Source: a bacterium
GTDB lineage: Bacteria; Bacteroidota; Ignavibacteria; Kapaibacteriales; UBA2268
Reading direction: 5' to 3'
NCBI GenBank assembly: GCA_043804925.1
Contig: JAZDIP010000047.1
Location: 14,987 to 78,986 of the forward strand
Length of the DNA: 64,000 bases
Positions 19,132 through 30,556 of this stretch are shown here, in pieces. A program made the position numbers and the translations under genes. Each line of letters starts with the position of its first letter. Within the stretch, counting starts at the first letter, position 1. A model generated the notes under the pieces. It saw only the letters and a program-made list of their open reading frames with translations. It was not told the origin of the DNA and did not search any database.

Positions 19132-19838
19132 TGAAGTTACTATCCAACATATTGATTTTATTAATGGCATTAATTACTAATTACCAATTACTAATTACTA
19201 ATGATTTTGAAGTTACTGATAACAGACAACGGATAACGGATAACCAATTCACTATTCACAATTCACAATTCATAATTAAAGATAACGCTAACTCTAAACT
19301 CTCATCTCTCAACTCTCAACTTTTTGCTCAAGTTGATAGTACCGAGATTGATGAAACTATCGCTGATACTGTTCAGTTGAAACCTTTGGATGACTTTGTT
19401 GCTGAAGTCCCGATTTCAAAAAAGTCATTTGAAATGGCAAAATCACCTACAAAAGCCGTATTATTTTCATTGCTTTTACCCGGACTTGGTCAGTATTATG
19501 TGGAGTCTTATTGGAAAATTCCCGTATTTGTAGGTGGTACCGGTGTTTTAACATATTTGATTATTGACAATCATAATAATTTCATTGCGGAGCAAGAAAA
19601 ATGGGAGAAAATGGATGACAATGACCCTAACAAGAGCCGTTCAAAAGTTATAAAAGAGTTTTACCGGGACCAGAGGGACCAGGATATTTTCTATCTTTCC
19701 GGTGTTTATATTTTAGCGGCAATTGATGCTTATGTCGGTGCCCATCTTTTTGATTTTAATGTATCAGATGATTTAACATTAAAGTTACAAACAGGATATA
19801 TGAATGGAGCCAGAGTTGGTTTTTCTTTGAGTTGGTAA
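19128..19838 (+). CDS. DUF5683-domain membrane protein; N-terminal ~60 aa encoded by heptamer repeat tract
   Basis: The LLPGLGQYY segment and following hydrophobic helices match DUF5683. The N-terminal ...LITNYQLLITNDFEVTDNRQRITDNQFTIHNSQFIIKDNANSKLSSLNSQLF is repeat-derived. Confidence 0.55.
   Translation: MMKLLSNILILLMALITNYQLLITNDFEVTDNRQRITDNQFTIHNSQFIIKDNANSKLSSLNSQLFAQVDSTEIDETIADTVQLKPLDDFVAEVPISKKSFEMAKSPTKAVLFSLLLPGLGQYYVESYWKIPVFVGGTGVLTYLIIDNHNNFIAEQEKWEKMDDNDPNKSRSKVIKEFYRDQRDQDIFYLSGVYILAAIDAYVGAHLFDFNVSDDLTLKLQTGYMNGARVGFSLSW
19171..19322. repeat. mosaic heptanucleotide tandem-repeat tract (ttactaa, ggataac, caattca, aactctc unit blocks)
   Basis: About 21 period-7 units. The ggataac block is related to 6735-6762. 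Confidence 0.7.
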
Positions 19839-19840
19839 AG

Positions 19841-22678
19841 CTACACTGCCTTTATTACGACAACCGTCATGTCGTCGAATTGAACTGAATCTGATGTGAA
19901 TTCCCTTAATGACTTCAAAATTTCATCACGAATTAATTCTGATGACTGACTCGAATTCTTCTTTAATATTTTCACGAGTCTCTCAAATTGAAATTCCTGA
20001 CCGTAAGAGTTACGTGCATCGAGAACACCATCAGTTACATATAAGAAAATATCATTTGTGTTGTAATGAATTTGCCTTTCTTCTATGTGCAAATCGAATA
20101 ATTTGCTTTTTGTCATTCCGAGTACAATTCCATTCGGTTGAATAACGGCAACATCTTTTATCTTACTGTTAAGGTAATATAATGGGAGATGCCCAGCCCT
20201 CGAAAATGTTATTGATTTATTCTTAGTATCAAATATCGAGCATATAGCAGTGATAAATGAGCTTTTTTCGAGGTATTTATATAAAAGACTGTTCGAGCGT
20301 TTGAATAATTCTTTAGGAGACAAATCAAATTCATGCAATGTTCTCATTATTCCCTGTGCTTTCGACATATAAAGTGCCGCAGATGTACCTTTGCCGGAAA
20401 CATCACCTACGATAACTGTTAATTGTCCGTTGTTAGGGAGATAGTCATAAAAATCGCCGCCTACCTCATGTGCCGGAATGGATATGCCCGATACATCCAA
20501 ACCCTCGATATAAGGAATATTTTTTGGGAGTGAAGCCAATTGAATTTTTCTTGCAAGTTCGAGTTCATGTTTGATTCGCTCCTGCTGTGTTAGTTCCTCA
20601 TATAAGAAAACATTTTCAACGGCGACGGATATTTGTCCTGATATTAGATTTAAAAATTCAATATCTTCTCTGTTGTAGGGGGATTCTGATAACTTATCCC
20701 CAACCATCAAAGCACCGACTATTTTATCTTTGGAACGAATTGGAATAACATAACGGAATTCGCATTTTTGATAAATTTCTCTCATAGGTTCATCGAGATA
20801 ATCAACCCTGAATTCCTTCTTGAATTGTTTGATACTGTTTATCTGTTTCGTAGCGGTTACACGGCAGTACTCTGTTATTGAATCATTAACATATCCATGA
20901 AAATAAGACGATAGAACGATTTCTTCGTTCTTGTAAAAGACTATTCCCGCTTTCTTCAGATAAACCAATTCAATCAATTCATTGATTACATTTTTCGATA
21001 ATTCATCTAATGTTATTGTTTTATCTAAAATTTCTGAAAACTCTGCCGAAGCCCTTCTGTAATCAAATCTTGTCCTGTAATACTTTCTGTCTAAGTATCG
21101 CTGTCCCCGCCTGTTAATAAATCTGAATATATAAGCACCTGCAAGTGATACGAGAATTATACAAATATTGCGATACATATCTGCCATTTCGGTTGATAAC
21201 GGCTTTTCCAATATTTCAATTGTTGTTCCGGTAAAATGCAGGTTAGGTATATCAATATTTAGTTTGGCGATTAATGTTATTATATAAATTATTACGGAAA
21301 TCAGAAATATTTTCCATAATGACGAAATGAAAATATATTGAATATTTTTTCTGATTTTGAACTCAAGATTTAATAATTTATACCTGCCAATCGTATAAAT
21401 AAAAGCCGCAGGAATTAGTACTAAGGAAATAAGATAAGGTAATGATGAAATTCTATCTACGAAAAGAATGAATGTTAATGTGAAAATAGCGACAGATAAT
21501 ACTAATAAAAATACTACATTAATTACTTTTGAAAGACTCGCTTCCTCTATTGAACGCGATTTTCTGAAGATTAATAAAACTACAAAATAGTAAATTAAGT
21601 AAAGGGGCATTGAATTTTGTAAAATTGTAAATAATACAACTTCAATTTGGTATGATTTTAAAAAGAAAATATGAATTATTACCGTAAGAGATAAAAGTAT
21701 GCCGAAAATATAGGGACCCCTGATAATCCATTTTGCATGTAACATGTCCAAACGTTCGCGCGGGAAGTAAACCAAAGCATGGATGAGTAGCGGGAAACCA
21801 TAAGCGGCACTTAAATAAAAAAGCAAATAGATATGATACTGATAAATACCGTATGTCCTGACAGGTATTAAAAATGCAGATATGTAATAACCTATCAAAA
21901 TAAAAGCCCCTCCCAACAGCCGGGCTGTTTTTATCTCCGGTCTGCTTTGTGATAACACGACACCAAAGATTAAATAAATAAGCCCAATTATAAATAGCAG
22001 TAAAAAATTAATGGATACCTGAAACCTGACAATTTGAATCTGGCATTCAAAGGTTTTATTATCTCTTAAAATTTCATACCTGAGATAAGACCCTTTCTCT
22101 CCCTTAATAATATAGTCATTAGCTTCTAAAGCGTTTTTAAATGATTCCCCATTCACTTTAACGAAATAATCACCTACTTTAACGCCTGCTCTTTCCGAAG
22201 CCCCATCTTTTTGGACATATCCGACAAAAACTGCGGAACTAAGATATCTTATAAAATCTTCAGGTATGTCCTTCTTATTTATTTTTGCTTTTTTGTAATT
22301 ATAAAAACCTCTTCTCGAAAAGTCTTTGTTAACATTTCTATTATCGGTAAAAATTATTTCGACGAAATCATTTTCTTTGTCTTTAAATATCAGGTCTCGA
22401 AAATTATTGCTGTCAGTTGGCATTTTTCCACTGACTTTAACTATAAGGTCACCGACATTAATTTGGGATTTGTTAGATTTTTTGGTTTTATAATCAAAAA
22501 CAAGAGCTTTAATAGGTTTTGTTACATAAAATCTCGAAGGTGGGTCAGCATAATAATTTTCATCGGTTTTGGTCGAAATCACCATGAAAAAGTTGCTGAT
22601 GTCCAAAGTTAAAAGGACAAGAGCCGCGATACCTATAGCAATTCTAAATAGAATTGTATTTGTTCTCTTCGTAAACAA
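19841..22678 (-). CDS. membrane-anchored PDZ/GAF/PP2C (SpoIIE/RsbU-like) protein serine/threonine phosphatase
   Basis: 945 aa. An N-terminal PDZ-like region and a multi-TM block are followed by a GAF-like region. The C-terminal PP2C motifs are GDVSGKG, AGHLP and DGV.EA. Confidence 0.75.
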   Translation of the reverse strand: MFTKRTNTILFRIAIGIAALVLLTLDISNFFMVISTKTDENYYADPPSRFYVTKPIKALVFDYKTKKSNKSQINVGDLIVKVSGKMPTDSNNFRDLIFKDKENDFVEIIFTDNRNVNKDFSRRGFYNYKKAKINKKDIPEDFIRYLSSAVFVGYVQKDGASERAGVKVGDYFVKVNGESFKNALEANDYIIKGEKGSYLRYEILRDNKTFECQIQIVRFQVSINFLLLFIIGLIYLIFGVVLSQSRPEIKTARLLGGAFILIGYYISAFLIPVRTYGIYQYHIYLLFYLSAAYGFPLLIHALVYFPRERLDMLHAKWIIRGPYIFGILLSLTVIIHIFFLKSYQIEVVLFTILQNSMPLYLIYYFVVLLIFRKSRSIEEASLSKVINVVFLLVLSVAIFTLTFILFVDRISSLPYLISLVLIPAAFIYTIGRYKLLNLEFKIRKNIQYIFISSLWKIFLISVIIYIITLIAKLNIDIPNLHFTGTTIEILEKPLSTEMADMYRNICIILVSLAGAYIFRFINRRGQRYLDRKYYRTRFDYRRASAEFSEILDKTITLDELSKNVINELIELVYLKKAGIVFYKNEEIVLSSYFHGYVNDSITEYCRVTATKQINSIKQFKKEFRVDYLDEPMREIYQKCEFRYVIPIRSKDKIVGALMVGDKLSESPYNREDIEFLNLISGQISVAVENVFLYEELTQQERIKHELELARKIQLASLPKNIPYIEGLDVSGISIPAHEVGGDFYDYLPNNGQLTVIVGDVSGKGTSAALYMSKAQGIMRTLHEFDLSPKELFKRSNSLLYKYLEKSSFITAICSIFDTKNKSITFSRAGHLPLYYLNSKIKDVAVIQPNGIVLGMTKSKLFDLHIEERQIHYNTNDIFLYVTDGVLDARNSYGQEFQFERLVKILKKNSSQSSELIRDEILKSLREFTSDSVQFDDMTVVVIKAV

Positions 22679-23306
22679 TTCCCTAAACCGTTTTGTTGAA
22701 GTTTTGCTTATTTATACTTAGACGAAATTAAGAATAAAAATGTTTCAATATTTTACTTATTTATTACTTTATTTGTTATTTTTTATCTAAAAGCAAGTCA
22801 AATCGCTTAAACGTAAAGCTATTTTCATGTCTATCACACAAATCACAGTTTAAACAATTATTAATCCTGTATTTCCCCTAAATCATACAAATCACAGTTT
22901 TGACTACTCCTCCAACTCAAACTTATTATATTCTTTTTCGCTTAATTGTTGTTCCCGGACAACTATCTTTGCTTCATTTAGAGATAATCGGTATAATTTA
23001 TAAATCAAAATATCAATTTTGTTTTGAATATTTTTTAAATAATTATTTGTCATTTTGAAATTTTAAAAGTTTTATTTGCCAGCTCAACATTTTTTTTGAC
23101 TTTAGTAATATCCGGGCATGGTATTTTGCAACATACTGTTCGTCAAATATTGTACTCCGTATAGCACAACTCTAAACAAATTTATAAAGTAGCCAAGCAA
23201 ATAATTTTGAATTGTTCAAAGCCAATAAAAATTTACAATCCATTAAAATAGTATTGTTACGTATAAAAAGCAACATTTTCTCTTAACAAACTTTCTACAG
23301 AAATAA

Positions 23307-24704
23307 CTATTTCAGCTTCATTCCCTCATCCAAAAGCTCATTGACCATACTTAAGGTTTTACCTTCAGAATAAAATCTTAACAATGGTTCCGTTCCCGAA
23401 GCCCTTACTAAAAGCCAGCCATCTTCGACAATAAACTTGAAACCGTCCTTATCATTAATAGTCAAAATATCAAATTTACCGATTTTAGCCGGTTTTTTCT
23501 TGCATGCTTTCAGAATTTGCTCTTTAAGTGCCGGAGTAACTTGTACATCCCTTCTCTGGAATTTATGAATACCAAATTCTTCATCCAGTTCGTCGCAAAG
23601 CTGTTTTAAGGATTTTCCACGTTCGGCCATAACTTCCATAAGAAGCAGGGCATTAAAAATTCCATCCCTTTCGGGAATGTGCAGGATTGTACCAAGTCCG
23701 CCGGATTCCTCACCTCCGATTAAAACGTTTTGCTCGCTCATTATCTTGGCGGAATGTTTGAAACCGACAGGAGTTTCGATTAACTGAATTTTATTCTTGG
23801 CACAGAACTTATCAACCATAGAAGTCAGTGATACTGTTTTTACGACTATACCCCTTTTCTTTCTTTCTTCGTAAAGATACTTTAGAAGTATCATAAAAAT
23901 TTTATGAGAGTCAACAAAATTGCCGTGCTGGTCAACTGCTCCCAATCTGTCTGCATCACCATCGGAAGCAATTCCAATATCATAATTATATCTACGAACA
24001 TTTTGGATGAGTTCCTTCAAATTTTCTGCAATTGGTTCGGGATGTTCAAGATTGCCGAAGGACGGATTATAATCGTTATGTAATTCGTCGGAATCAGGCA
24101 GAAGCTCTTTCATCAAGCCGATACCTGCTCCGTACATTGGGTCATACAATATTTTAAATTTTGCTTTTCGAATAGTGTCAATATCGATTTTCTTTTTAAT
24201 GTGTCTGAAGTATGATTCTTTTGGGTCGAAATAGGAAATTTTTTGCATTTTGATATAGTCAGAAAATTCCAAACATCTAATCTGAGGAGGCCTTTTGAAA
24301 ATTCGTTTCAATTCTGCTTCAACTTTTGCAATTTGCTCGGTTGTTGCGGGTCCGCCGAAACTTGCTTTCAGCTTGTAGCCATTATAAACAGGAGGATTGT
24401 GGCTTGCTGTTATGACAATACCCATGTCGGCTCCTTTTTGCTTGGTATGATAGGAAATTTCAGGAGTAGTAGCAATCCCGTTTGTTAATTGAACGCTTAT
24501 ATCTTTCCAAGCTAAGATTTTTGCTGTTTCTATTGCAAATTCTTTAGATAAAAATCTTGTATCATAGCCAATAACTACTCTTGGTTTCTTTCCGGCAGCT
24601 TTTTTTAAATAACTTGCTGTTGCCAATGCGACCAACTGTAGATTTTCAAATGTAAAATCGCGTGCTATGTATCCGCGCCATCCGTCTGTTCCAAAAGATA
24701 TCAT
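23307..24704 (-). CDS. phosphoglucomutase/phosphomannomutase (alpha-D-phosphohexomutase family)
   Basis: MISFGTDGWRG, the TASHNPPVYNGYK active-site loop and GDGDADR metal-binding loop are all present. Confidence 0.85.
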   Translation of the reverse strand: MISFGTDGWRGYIARDFTFENLQLVALATASYLKKAAGKKPRVVIGYDTRFLSKEFAIETAKILAWKDISVQLTNGIATTPEISYHTKQKGADMGIVITASHNPPVYNGYKLKASFGGPATTEQIAKVEAELKRIFKRPPQIRCLEFSDYIKMQKISYFDPKESYFRHIKKKIDIDTIRKAKFKILYDPMYGAGIGLMKELLPDSDELHNDYNPSFGNLEHPEPIAENLKELIQNVRRYNYDIGIASDGDADRLGAVDQHGNFVDSHKIFMILLKYLYEERKKRGIVVKTVSLTSMVDKFCAKNKIQLIETPVGFKHSAKIMSEQNVLIGGEESGGLGTILHIPERDGIFNALLLMEVMAERGKSLKQLCDELDEEFGIHKFQRRDVQVTPALKEQILKACKKKPAKIGKFDILTINDKDGFKFIVEDGWLLVRASGTEPLLRFYSEGKTLSMVNELLDEGMKLK

Positions 24705-24760
24705 ACTATTCCTAATATTGGTTATTACATTTTCTATTAATATATTTCCTATACCTTATC

Positions 24761-24775
24761 CCCTAATTGCCTTAA
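24761..24775 (-). promoter_or_regulatory. conserved motif ccctaattgcct(t)aa ~57 nt upstream of phosphoglucomutase start
   Basis: The same 14-15-mer recurs at 26142-26155 at a near-identical distance upstream of eno. Confidence 0.4.
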
Positions 24776-24790
24776 ATCCAAAATCCCTAA

Positions 24791-26101
<1,311 letters not shown>

Positions 26102-26141
26102 TTATTTTAAAAAATTATTCTCTTAGATTAACTATTTAATA

Positions 26142-26155
26142 CCCTAATTGCCTAA
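26142..26155 (-). promoter_or_regulatory. second copy of ccctaattgcctaa motif, ~59 nt upstream of eno start
   Basis: See 24761-24775. Confidence 0.4.
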
Positions 26156-26365
26156 TCGTCTAAATTGACAAGTATGAATCTGCTTAGCAAATAAAAACAA
26201 GTTCTTTAGTCCTTTAATAGCGCTAGTACAAAACGTTACTCTTACTTTGTTCCGGCAAAAAATCAATATGTCGGGATTATGGTCAAACTTTTTTGCAAGA
26301 AAACCATATTATTGCTTGTGGTAAATTTCCTGATTAACCATTTACAATTAACAATTGACCATTAA

Positions 26366-26689
26366 TTAAAGGTATTCGTTCAAACGGCTGATAATCTGGG
26401 CTTTTGGAACAGCACCGACAATTGTATCAACAACCTTGCCGCCTTTGAAAATCATAACGGTTGGAATAGACCTTATTCCTAATTGTACTGCAATGCTTTG
26501 ATTATTATCAACATCAACTTTGCATATTTTTGCTTTCCCTTCAAATTCACTTGCCATTTCTTCGATGGAGGGCGCAATCATTTTGCAGGGTCCGCACCAT
26601 GTTGCCCAAAAATCAATTACTACCGGTATGTTGGATTCCAATACTTCCGATTGATAAGTACTTTCCGTTATGTGTATCGGTTGTGCCAT
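26366..26689 (-). CDS. trxA: thioredoxin
   Basis: 107 aa with the WATWCGPCK active site. Confidence 0.9.
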   Translation of the reverse strand: MAQPIHITESTYQSEVLESNIPVVIDFWATWCGPCKMIAPSIEEMASEFEGKAKICKVDVDNNQSIAVQLGIRSIPTVMIFKGGKVVDTIVGAVPKAQIISRLNEYL

Positions 26690-26920
26690 AAAAACAAACT
26701 CCTTCTATACAAATTTTTAAAAAAATGATTATAAATAATCTGCAAAATTATAAAAATATTATGAATTCTTTGGTAAAATGAATTGAATTTTTTAAAGAAC
26801 TTGTGAAAAAACCTGTTTGGATGCGACAGTTGATAAAAAAAAGATTTTTTAGTCTACGAAGTAGTAACTTATTTTAAAGACTTTTTTGAATTGCCCAATT
26901 ATAATCAATGTTATAACGAA

Positions 26921-26973
26921 ATGAAGAATCCATGTTATTGTTTTCCGGATTCTTCATTTCGAAATGATTCATA
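26921..26973. other. perfect 12-bp stem hairpin (aatgaagaatcc...ggattcttcatt) downstream of glyA
   Basis: Seen directly in the sequence. A candidate 3' stabiliser or terminator for minus-strand glyA, though it lacks a clean U-run. Confidence 0.4.
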
Positions 26974-27031
26974 CAGGATAGTGATTCTACTAAATAATTG
27001 ATTTTTGATTCAATTCTTAGATATCAAATGC

Positions 27032-28333
27032 TTATCCTAAAAGTTCAGGATATAGTGGAAATTTAGTCGTAAATTCTTCCACATCTTTTCTTACTTCAGC
27101 AATAACAGAATCATTCTGATAGTTCGTAATAACCTTGTCAATAAAATAGCCAATTTGACGCATATCGTTTTCTTTCATACCTCTCGAAGTCATTGCAGGA
27201 GTACCCAAGCGGATACCGGAAGTAACAAGCGGAGGTCTTGTGTCGTAAGGAACAGCATTTTTATTACAGGTGATTCCTGCTTTATCCAAAGCAATTTCTG
27301 CGTCTTTTCCCGAAAGATTTTTATTGGTTAAGTCAATAAGCATTAAATGGTTGTCAGTTCCACCGCTTACAAGATCGTATTCCTTTTCCAACAATGTACC
27401 GGCAAGAGCTTTTGCATTTTTCATAACCTGAATAATGTATTCATCGAACTCATCTGTCAATGCCTCTCCAAATGCTACTGCTTTTGCTGCTATAACGTGC
27501 ATAAGAGGACCTCCCTGAACTCCGGGCATTACCCATGAGTCGAGCAATTCACTCATATTCTTAACACGACCGGATTTTGGGGCAACAAGACCGAATGGAT
27601 TTAGTTCATCTTTGCCAAGCATAATAATGCCGCCCCTGGGACCTCTCAATGTTTTGTGAGTTGTTGATGCAACTACATGTACATAAGGAAGAGGATTTGT
27701 TAAATGTCCCTTGGCAATAAGTCCTGCCGGATGAGCTATGTCTGCAAAAACAAATGCACCGATTTTATCGGCAATTTCCCTGAACGTTTTGAAATCAATA
27801 TCACGCGGATATGCAGAAGCACCTACCGTAATCATTTTCGGATTATGCTTTTTTGCCAAATCTTCAACCATGTTGAAATCAATTCTGCCGGTTTCTTTAC
27901 TCAATTCGTATGGTATAAAGTTAAATAATCGTCCTGAAAAATTAACAGGTGAACCATGGGTTAAATGTCCGCCATGTGCAAGAGATAATCCGAGAACAGT
28001 ATCCCCAGGTTTCAGATAGGTAAAATAAACAGCCATATTTGCCTGGCTTCCGCTATGGGGCTGTACGTTGGCATATTCAGCTCCGAAAAGTTTTTTGACT
28101 CTGTCTCTTGCTAAATCTTCAGCCATATCCACATATTCGCAGCCCCCGTAATACCTTTTACCGGGATAACCTTCTGCATATTTATTTGTCAGCACAGAAC
28201 CCTGGGCTTCCATTACAGACAATGATGTGAAATTTTCACTGGCAATCAGTTCAATCTTATTGTTCTGCCTGTTAAATTCTTTTTCCAAACAATCATATAA
28301 TTCTTTATCCGTTCTTTTTACTGTATTATACAT
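27032..28333 (-). CDS. glyA: serine hydroxymethyltransferase
   Basis: Start trimmed to [14 protein letters not shown]..., preceded by AGAAAGG. The PLP-site motif [17 protein letters not shown] is present. Confidence 0.9.
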   Translation of the reverse strand: MYNTVKRTDKELYDCLEKEFNRQNNKIELIASENFTSLSVMEAQGSVLTNKYAEGYPGKRYYGGCEYVDMAEDLARDRVKKLFGAEYANVQPHSGSQANMAVYFTYLKPGDTVLGLSLAHGGHLTHGSPVNFSGRLFNFIPYELSKETGRIDFNMVEDLAKKHNPKMITVGASAYPRDIDFKTFREIADKIGAFVFADIAHPAGLIAKGHLTNPLPYVHVVASTTHKTLRGPRGGIIMLGKDELNPFGLVAPKSGRVKNMSELLDSWVMPGVQGGPLMHVIAAKAVAFGEALTDEFDEYIIQVMKNAKALAGTLLEKEYDLVSGGTDNHLMLIDLTNKNLSGKDAEIALDKAGITCNKNAVPYDTRPPLVTSGIRLGTPAMTSRGMKENDMRQIGYFIDKVITNYQNDSVIAEVRKDVEEFTTKFPLYPELLG

Positions 28334-28630
28334 ACATTGCCTTTCTATAAAATCAATAATTAATGTCATAATAAAGTCTGTCGCTTGTTACAAAGACAGA
28401 TTTTATCCATAAAACAAAAAACAAATTTGGTAAAAAAATCTGAAAGTACAAATTTAATTAATAAAAAAAGAGAATTGAGCTTGTTATTAAGTTATATTTA
28501 AATATAATTTATTATGGAAATCATTCCTATATTTTTTTCATATATTTGTTTCTGAAGAGACATTCACTTTTTTAATATTTACCCAAGAAGTAATTATTGA
28601 ATGTAATTTGATTAGTAAATTGAATCAATC

Positions 28631-29032
28631 ATGGGACTAAAAGGCAAAAAAGATACTTTAGTAGCATTGCTGAAAGACAGAGGTGACTACTACTATGCCG
28701 ATGTCGAGCATTGGTACAGAATACCATGCTCAACAAAAAGGATTCCTGATAGTATAAAAGATAAATCAATCAAATATATTTCATTTTATCTCACCAGCAA
28801 ATTTAAGGAACTTAAATGGTCTATCCTATGGTTTGCTGAAGTAAAAAAAATTAAAATAGTTAAAGGAAAAGACTTAATATACAAGAATGACCATCCAAAA
28901 TCTGAAGACAAATATTATAAAATAGAGATAGGTCAACTTGAAAAGCTTCCTTCTCCTATTCATGGAAGACGGGGGAGAAGGTTTCTTTTTATGGAAACAA
29001 CCGAAGAACGATTAAAAATTCAAAGGAATTGA
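28631..29032 (+). CDS. hypothetical protein (133 aa), first gene of a two-gene module with a DUF559 nuclease
   Basis: No recognised motif. Its stop overlaps the next start in ATGA, implying translational coupling with 29029..29448. Confidence 0.4.
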   Translation: MGLKGKKDTLVALLKDRGDYYYADVEHWYRIPCSTKRIPDSIKDKSIKYISFYLTSKFKELKWSILWFAEVKKIKIVKGKDLIYKNDHPKSEDKYYKIEIGQLEKLPSPIHGRRGRRFLFMETTEERLKIQRN

Positions 29033-29448
29033 ACGATTTATACATTGGTACTGATATTGAAGAAAAGATGTGGCATCAAATAAAAAAAAATGAAATTCAG
29101 GCAGAAAGAGAATTTTTTGTAAAAGTTGAAAACAAGTATTTCTTTTTAGATTTTGCATTGTTTTGTCAATCTGGAAAAATTGATGTAGAATGCGACGGCG
29201 ATGCTAATCACAAGAAAAGTGATGATGTAGAATACGACAAGGATAGGGATACTCTTTTAGAAAGTGATGGTTGGAAGACAATGCGTTTTACAAGTACTAA
29301 AATCAATGATAAAATTGATGAGAGTATTATTAGAATAAAAAAAGCTGTTGATAATTTTGGAGGATTACAAGTAATCCGCGAAGGGACATCTTATAAGTAC
29401 TTAATTAAAAACATGGATTCACAATTAAATTTATTTGAATCAAAATAA
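29029..29448 (+). CDS. DUF559-family (Vsr-like, PD-(D/E)XK) endonuclease-domain protein
   Basis: EEKMW..., YFFLDFAL..., IDVECDGDANHK, YDKDRDTLLESDGWKTMRF and ...IRIKKAV follow the DUF559 pattern E..LW...h.lDF...IE.DG..H....D..R...L...G..v.Rf. Confidence 0.6.
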   Translation: MNDLYIGTDIEEKMWHQIKKNEIQAEREFFVKVENKYFFLDFALFCQSGKIDVECDGDANHKKSDDVEYDKDRDTLLESDGWKTMRFTSTKINDKIDESIIRIKKAVDNFGGLQVIREGTSYKYLIKNMDSQLNLFESK

Positions 29449-29495
29449 AGTTTGTAAAATCCCCAAACAATCGTATTTTTGTATTCCCATTTTTT

Positions 29496-29570
29496 GGGCA
29501 GTTAGTTCAGCTGGTCTAGAACGCCTGCCTTACAAGCAGGAGGTCGGGGGTTCGACTCCCTCACTGCCCA
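29496..29570 (+). tRNA. tRNA-Val (anticodon TAC)
   Basis: Hand-folded cloverleaf. Acceptor GGGCAGT/ACTGCCC. Anticodon stem CCTGC/GCAGG with loop CTTACAA. T-arm GGGGGTTCGACTCCC. Confidence 0.85.
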
Positions 29571-29575
29571 CGGGT

Positions 29576-29692
29576 CTTAGAAGATAGGACATAGAAAATA
29601 GAAGATAGAAAGAAGAAAAGAAGAAATTAGATGAGGTGGAGATGTTTTTTTTGTAACTTTCTAATTTCTATGTTCTAATTTCTATTTTCTAA
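29576..29692. other. long imperfect inverted repeat (two ~36-nt arms, ~45-nt loop) filling the tRNA-Val/tRNA-Leu spacer
   Basis: ttagaagataggacatagaaaatagaagatagaaag pairs with the reverse complement of ctttctaatttctatgttctaatttctattttctaa, matching about 28 of 36 positions. Confidence 0.5.
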
Positions 29693-29696
29693 AATC

Positions 29697-29781
29697 GCAG
29701 AAGTGGCGGAACTGGTAGACGCGCTGGACTCAAAATCCAGTGGCCCTTAAAGCCGTGAGGGTTCGAGTCCCTCCTTCTGTA
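29697..29781 (+). tRNA. tRNA-Leu (anticodon CAA)
   Basis: Acceptor GCAGAAG/CTTCTGT (G1-U72). D-arm GTGGCGGAACTGGTAGAC. Anticodon stem CTGGA/TCCAG with loop CTCAAAA. Long variable arm. T-arm GAGGGTTCGAGTCCCTC. Confidence 0.85.
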
Positions 29782-29796
29782 CATATCAATAGTGTT

Positions 29797-29837
29797 AATC
29801 CTTGTAATATAAATTATTTGCAAGGATTTATTTTTGT
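29797..29837 (+). terminator. rho-independent terminator after tRNA-Leu
   Basis: Stem aatccttg ... caaggatt (8 bp, 16-nt loop) followed by tatttttgtc. Confidence 0.6.
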
Positions 29838-29909
29838 CTAACATACATATTACATACACTATTCGAGTTTTGCTTTTATATTATATTCTTTATTTTATGT
29901 AACATCGTT

Positions 29910-29983
29910 GTAACATTTCAGCAAGGAATGTAAACATTTCAGCAAAAAAAAATACATTTCTACAAGGAATGTAAACATTTCAG
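29910..29983. repeat. direct repeats caaggaatgtaaacatttcag (x2, plus partial gtaacatttcag) just 3' of the tRNA pair
   Basis: Copies at 29922-29942 and 29963-29983, with a partial copy at 29910-29921. att-site-like position next to the tRNA 3' ends. Confidence 0.5.
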
Positions 29984-30030
29984 GAATAAATGTATACATT
30001 TTATATTGGATTGTATCAGAATGGTTTTAA

Positions 30031-30399
30031 CTATTGATTATCAGCATTTGATATTAATTCATTTATTGTCAAATCTATTTTATTATCTAATTCTTTAATT
30101 AATTCAGATTCTTTTAAGTATTCAGATTTAATACTAAGCTCTGATAATATACTTTTCATACGGTAAATGTATTTGGGATTATCCAAATTATTTTTATTAC
30201 ATTCAATCAGATTCATAACAAAGAAGATACCGATAATCCAGCTTTCTGATGTTTCAGGAAACTTTGCTCTTATGTAATTCAATCTGTTTCCGTTTTTGCC
30301 TTGCAAAAATTTTCCTTCAATTGGTATTCGTTCCCGGTATTGTTTTTTTCGTTGCCCCTTTCTTTGTACAGTTGCTCTTTGTTTTCTTCTGTTCCACAA
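30031..30399 (-). CDS. hypothetical protein with highly basic N-terminus (possible mobile-element remnant)
   Basis: 122 aa. The N-terminal RKQRATVQRKGQRKKQYRERIPIEGKFLQGKNGNRLNY has no confident family match. Its position next to tRNA genes and direct repeats suggests an integrase or transposase fragment. Confidence 0.3.
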   Translation of the reverse strand: MWNRRKQRATVQRKGQRKKQYRERIPIEGKFLQGKNGNRLNYIRAKFPETSESWIIGIFFVMNLIECNKNNLDNPKYIYRMKSILSELSIKSEYLKESELIKELDNKIDLTINELISNADNQ

Positions 30400-30442
30400 C
30401 TTATTGATATTTCAATTTTTTGTGACTTATTGAGGTTGCACT

Positions 30443-30478
30443 ATTTAAATTTATTTCTGAAATATCTTAGATATATCA
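30443..30478. promoter_or_regulatory. 36-bp element tatttaaatttatttctgaaatatcttagatatatc containing 13-bp palindrome ATATCT-T-AGATAT; copy 1
   Basis: Lies 44 bp upstream of minus-strand gene 30031..30399. An identical element except for the palindrome centre base sits at 34009-34044. Confidence 0.5.
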
Positions 30479-30556
30479 TTTGATGTTGCAAACTCAAAAC
30501 TATCCAACATTTTTAATGCCATTTTCGTATGCTTTATTTTGAAGAGCTACTATTCA

